Positions 1-12,990 of a stretch of 64,000 nucleotides of DNA are shown one piece after another. The notes under the pieces are model-generated. The model was given only the letters and a program-made list of their open reading frames with translations, was not told where the DNA came from and ran no database searches. Every line of letters begins with the position of its first letter. Position 1 is the stretch's first letter. Origin of the DNA: Eledone cirrhosa (lineage: Eukaryota); the NCBI GenBank assembly GCA_964016885.1, contig OZ024744.1:109926001-109990000 (forward strand), read 5' to 3'. The position numbers were made by a program, and so were the translations under genes.

Positions 1-1842
1 CTCGGACACAATGTGAGCCACAGTCTCCTCTCTCTCTCCACAGATCCTGCACAGTGGGCTAGCCTCCTCCTTGTAGATATGGTGCTTCAACCACTTCGTT
101 TTGAGGGCCTGCTCCTGCGCAGCCATTAGCATTCCTTCTGTAGCCTTTTTGAGGTCTCCTCTTCTCAACCAGTTCCATGTCTGTGGATCTCTAAATTCAG
201 TTTTCTCAAAGAAGGTACTATGAAGGGATTTTCCCTTAAGGCTGCTCTTCCTCCTTGATGTTATTTCCTCCTTGGGTATCCCCTGGCCTACTGTCCCCTC
301 CTTCAGTACAGCTCTGAGCATTGGCTCCTTACTATAGGTCACGTATTTGTATAGGTTGTTTTTCTCCATCTGAACACAGTCCTCTATGCTGATAAGACCT
401 CTTCCACCCTCAGATCTCCTTAGGTAGAGTCTATCGACATCACTCCTCTTGTGGAACATGTTGTAGATAGTCAATAGCTTCCTAGTCTTCCTATCCATTT
501 CTTTTTGTTCAGCAACATTCCATCTCAGAATTCCCGCACTGTACCTAATAATAGACACAGCTCGGGAATTTACTGCGCTTATGGCATTTCTGCTGTTCAG
601 ATGTGACTTCAATACGCTCCTTACTCTCCGAATGTATTCAGTTCTTAACAATTCCTTCATTTTTTTGTTCTTTATGCCATCAGCCTCCAGAACGCCCAAA
701 TACTTGTATCCTTCCTCAGAGTCAATTTCCTTTATCATCTCACCTGTTGGTATCTGGATCCCGTTACTTCTGCTCAACCTACCCCTCCTCATCACAATGA
801 CTCCACATTTACCAATACCAAACTGCATACATATATCACTGCTGAAAATACGGACAGTGTCAACAAGCACATCCAACTCCTTCTCACTTTTCCCGAAGAG
901 CTTAAGATCGTCCATGAAGAGGAGGTGATTGATGGTAAGCTCTCCCCTTCCCAACTTGTATCCTGCTCTCACTTTTCGCAGCATAATGGTCAAGGGCATC
1001 AGGGCAAGGACAAACAACAGAGGGGACAGGCTATCTCCCTGGAAGATACCTCTCTTGATCTTCACGCTTCCCAAGGATACTCCAGTTGATGTCAACTCTG
1101 TCTCCCAGGACCCCATACTCCTGCCCAGCAACTGTCTGATGTTATCTGCCACCCTGAAGATCTCCAGGCTTTTGGTGATCCAGGAATGAGGCACCATGTC
1201 AAATGCCTTTCTGTAGTCTATCCATCCCATGGCAAGATCAGTGTGTCTCCTCCTGCAATTCCCCATTACCATCTTATCAATAAGCAACTGGTCCTTTGTA
1301 CCACGTGACTTCTTTCGGCATCCTTTCTGTTCGTCCGGCAACAAGTTGTTTGTGTGGAGGTGATGGTAGATTTCCTCAGACACAATGCTCGTCAACAGTT
1401 TCCACATTACGGGCAGACATGTGATAGGTCTATAGTTGGTAACATCATTACCCTTGATTCGGTCTTTCATTATCAGAACTGTGGTACCTTTTGTCAACCA
1501 CTCTGGCACCTCACCCGACACCAAGCAGTCATTGAACATGGCCGTCAGCTTCGGGTGGAGGGATGTTAAATGTTTAATCCAATACCCCTGCACACCATCT
1601 GGGCCTGGTGATTTCCAGTTGGTTAGTTTTTTGGCTTGCCCCTTAAGAGTTTCAACTGTGATACTCAAATCAGTCTGTTGCTGTGCCTGCTCACCGATCT
1701 CCCTCTGTACTGTCTCAATCCACCCTGCCTGGGCATTGTGTCTAACATCCTGCTCCCATATTCCTCTCCAGAATGTTTTAGCTTGTTCCGCCCCAGGGAT
1801 CAAGTCGGTGCCTCTTTCTTTCCCCTCAAGCTGTCCAAACAG
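1..1842 (-). CDS. R4/Dong-clade non-LTR retrotransposon RT ORF, 5'-truncated, frame open to the window edge (614 codons; absent from the ORF track)
   Basis: Manual translation of the minus strand: NWKSPGPDGVQGYWIK, EQKGCRKKSRGTKDQLLIDK, WIDYRKAFDMVPHSW, RGIFQGDSLSPLLF, HLLFMDDLKLF, YKYLG, RLYLRRSEGGRGL, AAQEQAL, and the start of the CCHC finger CRICGEREETVAHIVSE. No stop seen. Confidence 0.92.
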   Translation of the reverse strand, partial: MFGQLEGKERGTDLIPGAEQAKTFWRGIWEQDVRHNAQAGWIETVQREIGEQAQQQTDLSITVETLKGQAKKLTNWKSPGPDGVQGYWIKHLTSLHPKLTAMFNDCLVSGEVPEWLTKGTTVLIMKDRIKGNDVTNYRPITCLPVMWKLLTSIVSEEIYHHLHTNNLLPDEQKGCRKKSRGTKDQLLIDKMVMGNCRRRHTDLAMGWIDYRKAFDMVPHSWITKSLEIFRVADNIRQLLGRSMGSWETELTSTGVSLGSVKIKRGIFQGDSLSPLLFVLALMPLTIMLRKVRAGYKLGRGELTINHLLFMDDLKLFGKSEKELDVLVDTVRIFSSDICMQFGIGKCGVIVMRRGRLSRSNGIQIPTGEMIKEIDSEEGYKYLGVLEADGIKNKKMKELLRTEYIRRVRSVLKSHLNSRNAISAVNSRAVSIIRYSAGILRWNVAEQKEMDRKTRKLLTIYNMFHKRSDVDRLYLRRSEGGRGLISIEDCVQMEKNNLYKYVTYSKEPMLRAVLKEGTVGQGIPKEEITSRRKSSLKGKSLHSTFFEKTEFRDPQTWNWLRRGDLKKATEGMLMAAQEQALKTKWLKHHIYKEEASPLCRICGEREETVAHIVSE

Positions 1843-1843
1843 C

Positions 1844-1901
<58 letters not shown>
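1844..1901. repeat. (TAT/TAA)n microsatellite between the Dong and Tx1 elements
   Basis: Seen directly. Confidence 0.97.
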
Positions 1902-2117
1902 GAATGCTATGGTTGACGGAGGCTCGGCTCTGTAAGGTATTGTAAATTTTGAACGCTATAACAATTGTAAATTGTTTAAAACTTTAACCAACTTGTAGAC
2001 AAAAACACCCTCCTCCTCGTGAGAGGGGTCTTTCTGCCCGTTATTTGGCCCTTCGGGGTTAAATAACTGCTTATTGGGGTTTTGTGCCCAATATTTATTT
2101 TAAACAAAAAAAACAAC

Positions 2118-4218
2118 ATGGCTACGAAAAAGAATTTTCATAGTTCACTCCCACTCATTCCGTCTTCTTCTTCCTCAATCGTCACTACAGCAGAGAGAAG
2201 ATTGTCTCTCTCCCTCCCTTCTTTAAATGTGTCTCTCTCCCTCCCTTCTCTTTCGCAAGCGACGACAGAAAAGAAAAGTCTCGTGCAAAGCGTGCAAGAT
2301 TTCTCCACGACGACAACGACGAAACAGGTGTGCGGGAAATACGAAAACCCATTTCATTTGTCTGGCGTCAGGAATAATAGCAGTAGCAGCCGTAATAACA
2401 ACAGCAACAGTGACAATGAAAACAACAGTAGCAGCCGCAACAGCATCAGCAGCAGCATAAACAACAACAGCATTAGCAGCAGCAACAACAACAACAACCA
2501 CAGCAACACCGGCGGCGGCAGTAGTCGTAGTACCTGCAGCAACAACAAAAGTAACAGCAGCTCTGACGACAACAACAACAACAACAACAGCAGCAAAGAA
2601 AAACCAATCTCGTTTGCAGGTATCGCAAAGAACCTGGAAAAAATCCTCATAACAAATGAGGAATTAGAGGAAGCGAAGAAGATGGTGACAAAAACTGGAC
2701 ACCGAGCAATCTGCAAGGCAGCGGAAAATTTTTTCGAAACCCAACAGCACTGTACGGTCACGTACCGTACAGTAAGTACAAAATCCCGTAGGGTTGAAAG
2801 AGCCACAGAGGTTCAAATACAAAAAGCCTTGGGGTCTGTGTGGCAGCGGAAAATGCACATCACCCGAGGCAAGAAATATGCCACCGTAGATGTACTTTTT
2901 GCCACACCCCAGGAGGCAAAGGCTCAATCCTTAGTGACCCTAAGGAGCGAGGAAATGGTGTTGGTGCCCTCCTACTGCGGACAAAAAATTGTGAGGGTCA
3001 AACTGACCCCCCACACCCCCCCGGGATGGCCCCTTCTTGGCTGCCCGCGTCTGTCCTCGTCGGAATCGAGGACAAAACAACTGTACTGCAAGTACAGAAA
3101 AAAGTAAGAGAAGATTGGGTCGGCACCTCCATTGAGATGCTAATCCAAACCAACCAGGAGTGCATCGAAGCTATCCCGGATGTGATAGACTTCGATAACG
3201 GCACTCAACTGCCCATAAGTGTTGAGGGCAAACGCCCGAAATGCTTTCGCTGTGGATCGAAGACTCACCTCAGGGCCTTCTGCAACGAGAAGACTCTGAG
3301 AAAGGAGAAAACCCCCCTCCTTCCGAAACCGGCTCCACGGCTACCAGCAACAGGACAAGCGGCAACCAGGAACGATAGGTCCGTGGCACCCATACCCACG
3401 CCACGGAAATCAAGAACAGCAGCAGCAGTGGAAGTATTAACAACAACAACAGCAATACCAAATGCAGCTGCAACAGAGACTCCAGTGCAAACATCACCAA
3501 CAACAACAAGTGAAAGAGTGGAGCTGGTACCCCTCCCCGACCTCACAGAATCAGACATGGAGTGTGAGGTGGGAGAGGGATGGCAAAAGGTCGTAAGAAG
3601 GCACAAACGCAGAAGCAGCGCATCGTCGCCTTTGAAAAGGGAGGAAAGAAATGAAAAAGGGTAAAGTCTACCGTAAAGAGACTCACAGCAGCAACACCAC
3701 CAACACCATCACCACCCACACTAACACCACCATCACCACCGGCGACAACCCCACCGCCAACAACACCTTCAACACCACCACCACAAGCACCAACATCGCA
3801 AACACAACAACAAAACACACACACCCAGCAACAACGACAAGAAAATAGCATAACCACACCCCACCTCCAGAAAAACAAATGCACGGCAATAAATACACAC
3901 AACAAGAAACTAATGACTTACATAATTGAACACACAGACATTTCACAACACGACTACATAATACCAGCACCAATCAAAACGCCAACTAACATAAAACTGC
4001 TAAAAATAGCACAGAAACAATACACAAACATTAAAACGAAATTCCCCAACGCAGTTGGTGATTTCAGAGACCTGGGAGGAACTATCAACCGAAGAGTATA
4101 TTCGGACATACTCATAGAAGAGCCGACGACCAGCCGAAGGGACGATTCAACGGTCCCTTCACCAGACGATCAAGTGAAAAGGGATGGAAAAACCATCCCT
4201 CTACGAAAAGTACGGTAA
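2118..4218 (+). pseudogene. Tx1-type ORF1 (gag-like, zinc knuckle), frameshifted
   Basis: ATG at 2118; Ser/Asn-rich N-terminus; frame change near the C-runs at ~3010-3030 into the frame with CFRCGSKTHLRAFC (CX2CX4HX4C) and GWQKVVRR; further breaks in the Thr-rich part; stop at 4218 just before ORF2. Confidence 0.8.
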
Positions 4219-4253
4219 GTGGTCTTTCCCATCTTTTCCACTCTATTTTAAAC

Positions 4254-7200
4254 ATGACCTCACTCAGAATAGGCAGCACAAATGCGCGTGGCTTGGGGTC
4301 GTCATGGAAGCAGGGTCACCTGCTCAACGACCTCAGGTCACTAAACATAGATGTAGTGGCCATCAGCGAGACCAGAATCTCCGAAGCACGGGCCTTCGCA
4401 CCGATCTTCGGCGGCTACGATGTGTACGCATCTCCCAGCCGTCCTGGATCGGGGGAGGAGTTGCTGTGCTTTTTCGGAGAGGTTTGGATCTCGCCATACG
4501 GGTCATCTTCCTGGACCTAGAGGGTAAGTTGCTGGTGCTGGACGTGACCAGCGGAGACGGGCAAGCTTTCAGGCTAGTGGCCGTCTATGCCCCGACAGGA
4601 GCAGGGCGGCCTGATTTCTTCCGGCGTCTGGAGACCTTTCTTGGAACGTCCCGCTCTTTAGTGTTAGTGGGCGACTGGAACGGGATCTTAGATGCACGCT
4701 GAGACTGTGTGGGATTAGCGGATAGGGGTGGAGGGTGCAAGAGACTCACCAACCTGCTCAGGCGTTTTGAACTGTCTGACAGGTACCGATTGGATTTCCC
4801 GAATGTGCCAATGTGGACTTGGACAAATCGCATCGGGTCATCCAGATCATATCTAGATAGAGTATTTTGTAGGGAAATAGATAGGTCTAGCATAGGCTGT
4901 CCACAATTCAAGATAGTCAGCTACACGGACCACAAATTCGTGATCTGTGTGCTTGACTTAGATAGGCTTCATAGACGATGACCCGGCTACTGGAAGCTAA
5001 ACGCGTCCTTACCAGCGCGCAAGGCCTACAGAAACCGGATTAGCGAACTAGTTAAGAGGGCGTTGACGGGGGCCATCGTCAACAACAAGTGGTAGTTTGC
5101 TCTGAAAAGAGCGATTAGAACAGAATCGATTAGGTTTAGTAAGGCTTTAGCAATAGAGAAAAATAGAGCAGAGGGAGAATTAGTTAGAAAATTAGACGAG
5201 GCGCTTAGCAAAGGCATTGCGACCGACGTGCTTGCGGAAAAATTGGCCCTTAACCAATTCTTCAATACAAAGCACGAAGGCTGCGTTGTCAGAGCAAGGG
5301 TGCGTGCTCTCAGACACGAGGGGACGAAAGCCGTTCAATGGGCCCGAGTGGCGGAGGCGTGTCGTGGCAACAAAGCCACGATCCGGTCTTTGGTGGACCA
5401 CGACGGGCGCATGCTACTCGATCCCGGGCAAATGTGTGAAGCTTTTCAGCGACACTTCGCTCAGGTGTTCGGGGGCAGCGGTGGGCCGGGTCGAGGAATG
5501 GACTTTAGTGTCTATCTCGACGGACTGCCGCGGCTCTCGGCCACTGAGACGGAGTGTTGCGAAAAGCCGATAACAGCCGCTGAAGTAAGGGAGGCAATGA
5601 CTGGCTGCACAAGGGGTAAATCGCCTGGTTTGGATGGTCTGCCCTATGAACTTTACGTACAGATGCCAGACTTGTTCGGAGGCCTCTTGGCGGACGTCTA
5701 CTGCAACTGGCAACAGAACGGGAGAATTCCCAGTTCTGTGAGCCGAGGGGCGGTGGCACTGCTGAGAAAGGATCCGAACAAGGGGGATAACATAGATAAT
5801 TTCCGGCCCATAACTCTGCTAAACACAGAGTTCAAGATTTTGGCCAAGGTGCTAGCAAAGAGGTTGGCGCTTGTCGTTGGTGGTCTGGTGGGAGAGGCGC
5901 AGACATGCGCCATTCCTGACAGATCCATCCACGACAACCTCCACCTCATGCGATACATCGTAGAGAGGGTAGCTAGGGAACCTGGCACGGGTGGGTCCTT
6001 GATCAATTTAGATCAGTCGAAAGCTTTCGATAGGGTCGACCATCGTTACCTAGCGGCAGTCCTGAGGGCGGCTGGCTTTGGGCCCGTCTCCAGAGGCTGG
6101 ATCGCTGCCATGCACAGCGACATCTGCTCTGTGGTGAGAGTGAACGGTCACCTGTCGGAACCGTTCAACATCATGCGCTCGGTCCGCCAAGGATGTCCCC
6201 TCTCGTCTCTCTTGTACGTATTGACTCTCGAGCCATTACTGCACAAACTGGAGACGTTGAGGGGCGTCCCGCACGAACTAAGATGCGGAAGATCCGTGTC
6301 AGCATATGCGGACGATGGCACCGTAGTGGTGTCGAACGCCAAACACATCGAGGCGATCGGCACTACACTAAGAGAATACGAAGCGGTGACAGGAGCAATG
6401 ATCAACCAGGAAAAGTCAGTGGGCCTGCAGCTCGGCACCTGGAGAGGCAGGTCCATGCCGTCCAACAGCGTCGTCGGGCGCTGGACGGACGGACCGGTTA
6501 AATTGCTAGGGGTCTGGTTCGGTCCGGACCTCCAGACGGACAAAAACTGGGACGAGGTGACGAGCAGGGTGGCTTCTCTCACCCAGAAATGGGCGGAGAG
6601 GAAGCTATCCCTGAAAGGTCGAGCGGAGGTGGCTAACGCGTACATCGCGTCTGTCATCTGCTACCGCCTGACCGTCGTACCTTGTCCTAAGCCTCGCCTG
6701 ACTGCGCTGGAGCGTTTGCTCTTTCGCTTTTTGTGGAAGGGACGCGCTCTGATGGTCAGGCGGTCCATCTGTTGTCAACACCCGCTACGTGGAGGGCTGG
6801 GCATGCCGTGGCTGATGATGCGCAGGCACGCGCTCAGTCTACGACATCTCCACCTCTTCCTCGACGGTGATCAGGTGTGGTCGCCGTTTGCTAGACACAT
6901 ATTTCCCCAGCTCGTTTCCTTGACGGAGCTGCAGTCCTGGGTCAAGCGAAGACCGAGAGGGAGCGCCTGGAGACTGGAATGTCTTCAGGCGCTCACATCC
7001 CTCGACCAATCGGGCAATGTGATCGGTGGAAACTCCACCTCGGCGTTCTATAGAGGATTAGTGGAGGTGAAGAGCGACGACGTACTTGGGGAAACTCTAG
7101 GCGTCGACGAAAATCAACTAGCCAATCTCTTCGGAAGAACTTTCGGGCCAGGGCCTATGGACAACTTCCAGAAATCTCTGGCCTGGCAGTGCTACCGAGG

Positions 7201-7672
7201 AGCCTTGCCAGTTCGGGATAAACTCTACAGGCATGGAGGTGCCATCAGCCGGGCATGTCCGAGATGCGCGCAGGGCGACGAAACCGTCCTGCACGCACTC
7301 GTCCAGTGTCAGAAAATTGCTGACTTGTGGGTTTATGTCGAACACCTGCTGTCGCGTGTAGGACGGATCCGGCTATCATCTGAGTCCATCGTGAGGATTG
7401 CCCCGCCCTCCTCCTTTAGCCGGGAAGGGCAGGCAGTTTCTATCTGTCTGGTGGCCATGGCGAAAGAGATAGTATGGTGGACACGTTTGAAAGGGCTGAA
7501 GACGAGCACTTACCTCTTCGGTGATGCTCTGATTGACTTTTTCAAATTTCATTTGAAAAGGAAAATCAGAGTAGAGAGGGAAGTGCTCTCTTCCCAGCAT
7601 TTTGTTGAAAGATGGGTGAGAGAAGCAAGAATGGCCCGAGTGAATGGGCCTACTCTGAGTATATATCTGTAA
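4254..7672 (+). pseudogene. Tx1-type ORF2: APE endonuclease + RT + C-terminal CCHC; frameshift and stops in the endonuclease/linker; 5228-7672 open
   Basis: STNARGL, ISET, VYAP, GDWN, SYLDR, TDHK (APE); KSPGLDGLPYELY, FRPITLLN, LDQSKAFDRVDH, VRQGCPLS, YADD, LLGV, LSLKGR, GGLG, CPRC..ETVLHALVQC. Confidence 0.92.
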
Positions 7673-7937
7673 ATTAAAGGTGGAAAACTGGGAGAGGGCA
7701 CTTGCCATTGGTCAGGGTCACTGTGGCCTTTTACTGGGCTTTCTCCACAAATGTCCCTCCGAAGTCTCCCCCCTATTGGGGAATTTTTCATTGTTATTTT
7801 TTGTTACATCCTCTGTTTTTGTTTTTTTCACGCAGAAATGCCCATTTGTACCGTACTGTATTGTCCTGCACTGTCCTTATTGTCTACTTTATGTAAACCC
7901 TTGTGATTAATAAAGAAATCATTATTATTATTATTAC

Positions 7938-7973
<36 letters not shown>

Positions 7974-7997
7974 ACACATACATATATATGTTCGACA

Positions 7998-8412
7998 CCG
8001 CTAGACGGCGCTGGCCGTCAGCTATCTATTCAGAGCTGAAACTTTCAAAATGTTTATTTATTAAACATACTGTATATCTTTAGATATATGAAATTCACAT
8101 ACATGTACGTATACAGCTATGTCGAGGCTAAATTCTAATTCTATTTTAAATTGAGCTAATTTGTACAGCTTCGTATGCAAATGAGGCTAATCAGCCCACC
8201 TACACAGGCGAACAAACTATATATTTTCGCCGTTTCAACAACGTCCAGCAGTAGGAAGAGAGAAATATTCTCATGACGAGAACTATTTAAGTTCGAAATG
8301 ACCCCTTGCTTCTACTGGATTCCGCTAGGCAGTGCTGGCCGTCAGCCTTCTATTTATAGTTGAGGCTTTCAATATGTTTATTTATTAAATATACTGTATA
8401 TCCTTAGATATA
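7998..8412 (+). repeat. Two diverged ~90-bp direct repeats (7998-8088, 8322-8412)
   Basis: Both read ccgctag..gctggccgtcagc...atgtttatttattaaa.atactgtatatc.ttagatata. Confidence 0.75.
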
Positions 8413-8419
8413 CGGTATA

Positions 8420-8590
8420 GGCAGTAAGTTGGCAGAGTTGGTAGGACGTCGGCTAGAAGGATTTACGGTATCTGTCCCACCTCACAACGCGCTTTGGGTT
8501 CAAATCCCGCCGTAATCAACTTTGCCTTTCACCCTTTCAAGGTCGATAAAAATGTACCAGTCCGGTACTGGGATCGATTCTTCGTCTATA
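8420..8590 (+). mobile_element. tRNA-derived SINE
   Basis: A-box-like TGGCAGAGTTGG, B-box GGTTCAAATCC, body ctttgcctttcaccct..ggtcgataaaa..gtaccagt; related copies elsewhere in the window. Confidence 0.8.
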
Positions 8591-8707
8591 GAAAAATCGG
8601 CTGTGTTCAGACCCGGGGAGGGTGTTGCTCTGCCAGGTTTAAATATGCCCTAGAAACGGTTTGAAGGTGCCTCTACGCCCCCACAAGGAGTTATGTGATA
8701 TTTATCC

Positions 8708-8777
8708 TTATATATATATATGTGTGTGTGTGTGTGGATACAGAGAGAGGGAGAGAGAGAGAGAGAGAGCGAGCGCG

Positions 8778-8813
<36 letters not shown>

Positions 8814-8869
8814 CGAGAGAGAGGGTGAGAGCGAGAGAGAGAGAGCGCGCGAGAGCGAGAGAGAGAGAG

Positions 8870-8911
<42 letters not shown>

Positions 8912-8979
8912 GACGAGCGAGAGAGAGAGAGAGAAAGAGCTAGATCGAGAGAGCGAGAGAGAGAGAGAGCGAGAGAGAT

Positions 8980-9013
<34 letters not shown>
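8708..9013. repeat. (TA)(TG)(GA)n compound microsatellite
   Basis: Seen directly. Confidence 0.95.
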
Positions 9014-9014
<1 letters not shown>

Positions 9015-9214
9015 ATCTCAAACGCAGAAATATAGCCGTGATCACAGCTTTAGAAATTCTAATACAACATCCCTATCGATGGAGTTCTCTGTAGCAGCTG
9101 CTGTCCACATTTTTGACGTCTATTCTGATATTTTACTTGATTGTCTCAAGCTGATTGTCACCGCTATTTTATGCTGTTTCAAATTTGCTCATTTCTAAAC
9201 ATTTCAACTCACTC

Positions 9215-9648
<434 letters not shown>

Positions 9649-9959
9649 TCGATCGGGCAAAGTTTATAAGAAATAAATGACACGACTGCGATATTCTAAA
9701 GACGTAGGGGGTGTTAAATTAACACTCTAAAAATGGAATAAGTACGTTTTTTTTTTCACGTTTCCAGCTAAAGCTCTTCATCGGAAAGATTGAGAGAAAG
9801 ACAAGAGTTAATTAGGGGCTGGAAGATCCAAATGATCCTCACTGTCCAAGTGCATATAGTTGCTATAATTCTGCCTGTGATTCATCTAGTTCTATTTTTG
9901 ATATCATTACAAACAAAACAATGTGAAAACGTGTGGCTTAGTGGTTGTATCCTTCACGT

Positions 9960-10461
9960 TGCTCAGCTGTAGAAACGAGTTGCAACATCACTAGTGCCAA
10001 GTTGTATCAGCCTTTGGACAACATTGGTAATGAGGAGAGGGGAGGCTAGTATGTATGGGTGACTGCTGCTCCTCCACAAACACGGAGGAGAACTTTGTAG
10101 GCGCACACCCATGCTCATTCGTGACTGAAAAGAACATGTGACAAACGTTAGCAAATGAATCCTCATATATGTGTGATGCGCCAGTTAAGGAGCAGATCAG
10201 CTTTGATCTGTTTGAGTTTTGCATCCCTACCACTCCGAGGATGTCTACTTTTGTGTCTAAAACGTGGTACTCATCGCTCCAGTTCAAATTAAACAGTAAC
10301 TCACTCATCCTAAAACACATTCTTTGTGCAGGTTGTTCATATGCAACCATTTTTGTTTCTTTTCTACTGAGCGTTCAGATGTCGTTCTCGAAGGTACATT
10401 CGATCGTCTCTCTCTCTCTCCCTCTCTCTCTCTTTCTTTCTCACACACATATACACACACA

Positions 10462-10492
<31 letters not shown>

Positions 10493-11760
10493 CCAGATAC
10501 TTCGTCCTACTCTCATTCATTCTCAGCCCCACACTTATCGACACAGTCTCCACCTCCTGCATCATCTCCTCTGCCTCCTTCACTGTGTTGTCACCGGGAC
10601 TCTGTCGTCAGCAAATTCAGCATCTGATATCTTTTTAGCCTTAACTCTCCTACTCTGAGCCAGTGCTGCAGTAAAGCCAGAGTCCCGGTGTTTCTCCAGC
10701 GCAAGGCTTCCTACAATAGTCCACTGCGATGATAAAAAGTAGGGAGTCAATGTATCTCCCTGGAGCACTCCAGCCAGTATCTCAAAGAACTCCGTCATCT
10801 CATGAGGTATAATGACTTGGGCTTTGGTGTTGATGCAGAGCAGTGATATCAGGTCCACTATCTTCTTGGGGATTCCATAAGCCTGTAAGATCTTCATCAG
10901 GCAGTCTTGGTCAACGGAATCAAAGGCCTTCCTAAAATCAATGAAAACCATGACTGCAGGAAGTGATCGGTGGTTGATCTTCCCTCTCTGAAGCCGCTCT
11001 GGTTGTCTCTGAGATTCTCTAACTTGGACTTAATCCTTTTAAGAATCATCCAGTTAAGGGTCTTTGCCACAAGTGACGTCAGTGAGATACCCCTGTAGTT
11101 ATTGGTGTTAGAGAGATATCCCTTCTTTGGCACTGGGACGATGTTATTTATCCTCCACTGATTCGGAGGAACTCCTTTCTCCAGTGCCTGGTTACAGAAC
11201 TCCAGGATGATATCATCATAATCACACCTCTTCATCACCTCTGATGACACTCTATCTTCTCCATCAGCCTTGCCCTCCTTGATTTTCTTCTTGCCTCTCT
11301 GAAGCTCCTTTCTGGTAAAGAGTCCTGTCTCAATATCCAGTACCTCAAACAGCCACCTGATCTCCCCAGTGATCTAGGCTGTGGAAGGTGGCTTTCCTAG
11401 TAGGGTCTTAAAATAGTCAAGCCATTTCCCTCGGGCCTTGTTCCCTGGATCTAACTCGCACTCCGTCTCTTCCTCCCTGTGATCTCGATGATGATCATCC
11501 AGCTCTCCTTACACCCAGACCTGCCAACCGCTCTCTCCACACTTCTGATCTTCTCTATCAGTGCCTCCTCCATGGCCTCAGTGTAAGCGGTACAGAGTTC
11601 TTCCCTCATCACCTGAGTATTCTCCTTCCTCTCCTCCGTAGGATCAGCAGCTTTCGGGTGTTCTCTGGCTCTACACACTTTTGGGTCTGCAGAGCTGAGG
11701 TTCTTCCTCTTCTCTCTCCTCGACACCAGGGCCTCACTTGCTCACTACTACTGCAACGGC
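9960..11760 (-). pseudogene. Degraded RTE-like LINE RT remnant, interrupted by a microsatellite at ~10405-10492
   Basis: IVPVPKKG..NNYRGISLTS, NQSGFREGRSTTDH, FIDFRKAFDSV, YGIPKK, GVLQGDTL, EFADD across frameshifted pieces. Confidence 0.82.
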
Positions 11761-11807
11761 CAGTGTGAGCGATGGGGCGGCGGTGTTGCTGTTGTTGTCG
11801 TTGCTGC

Positions 11808-11840
<33 letters not shown>

Positions 11841-12335
11841 AGCTGTTGTCTTGAGAATGTGGCTGTCAACAAAATGTATACCCCACCCCTCAGAGTTCTG
11901 TTTATTGCTTCCACTATCGTTTGGTACAGCTCAACACAACACACTTGAGGGGGTTACCCTTTTGAATTTACAACCCTAATTCCGCGGGGGTGGAGTGGCG
12001 GGTGGCGTGGGGGTGAATCCTGGTTTCGCTAATTGACACATGCATAGCAGCACATTACTCCAGAAAACACGACGGCTAGGAGACCCTTTTAAGAACTCAT
12101 ATGTCTGCTGGACACATGAACAGAAGGACCTATTTTTCCTGCCGGCTGCATATCACAAAATCGAATTTCATCTGAGGATACCGTTCTCATAACAACAACA
12201 AATTCATGACTTACATCTTGATTGCATAGGAGAAGGGTTATACTGAATCTCTATCGTAACAACAAACTACGAATATTGAGAGCTTTCTCCTATGTTTGCC
12301 TAAACAATCTCTTCAGAATATATATATATATATAT

Positions 12336-12957
12336 ATAAAGAAAAAGGGATGAAATCGAAAATGCAACTGAAGTCTTATTTTTTTAAAAATATATATATT
12401 TATTTGGTTCCTTTACCGGTTTCGCAGTTCTTCTGCTTTTCAAAAGGTGAGTTGAGATGGAGGGTCTGTGGGTTTTCTCACATCTGGTTGGTCTCTAAAT
12501 GTTACTTGTTTTATATGGAAAAACTGGCTCGAAAACCAGGTTTTTCGAGAAGTAATTTGATTGGTTTGTCAATAATTATAATAAATTTCGCGCCAGTTCG
12601 CGTTACAATAGTTCTTCAAATAAGAGAGGGGGGGTTGTCACAGGTTGTTTTTTCATATATGAGTGTTTGAATTTCTTTTTACTTGAAAAAATGAGGCTCA
12701 CGAAGGCTTTTTTTTGGTTGGTTATAAATGAAATTTGGCTGTCACGTGAACAAGTTTTCATTACATTTTTGCGCCCTTATTTGGAAAACTATTCTGTAGT
12801 CTTTATAGTGAATGTTATGACAATGGAGAGATAGTGGTCAAGGGAAAAGGGATTGGGAGAAATGTTCTGGTTCAGTGAATATGGCCAGCTGTCAGAGTTC
12901 AGGTGTCAGAGTTCAGATTTTCTATTGAGACTGAAGATATGTGTTTATTTGTGTGCT

Positions 12958-12990
<33 letters not shown>

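Larger units (their letters stand above)
1902..7920 (+). mobile_element. Full-length Tx1/L1-clade LINE (ORF1 + ORF2), disrupted, flanked by (ATT)n on both sides
   Basis: Two-ORF layout, APE-RT-CCHC ORF2, AATAAA near 7909 followed by (ATT)n at 7921-7971. Confidence 0.9.

Noticed and set aside
581-1935. Plus-strand ORFs
   Set aside because: Antisense shadows of the Dong RT frame.
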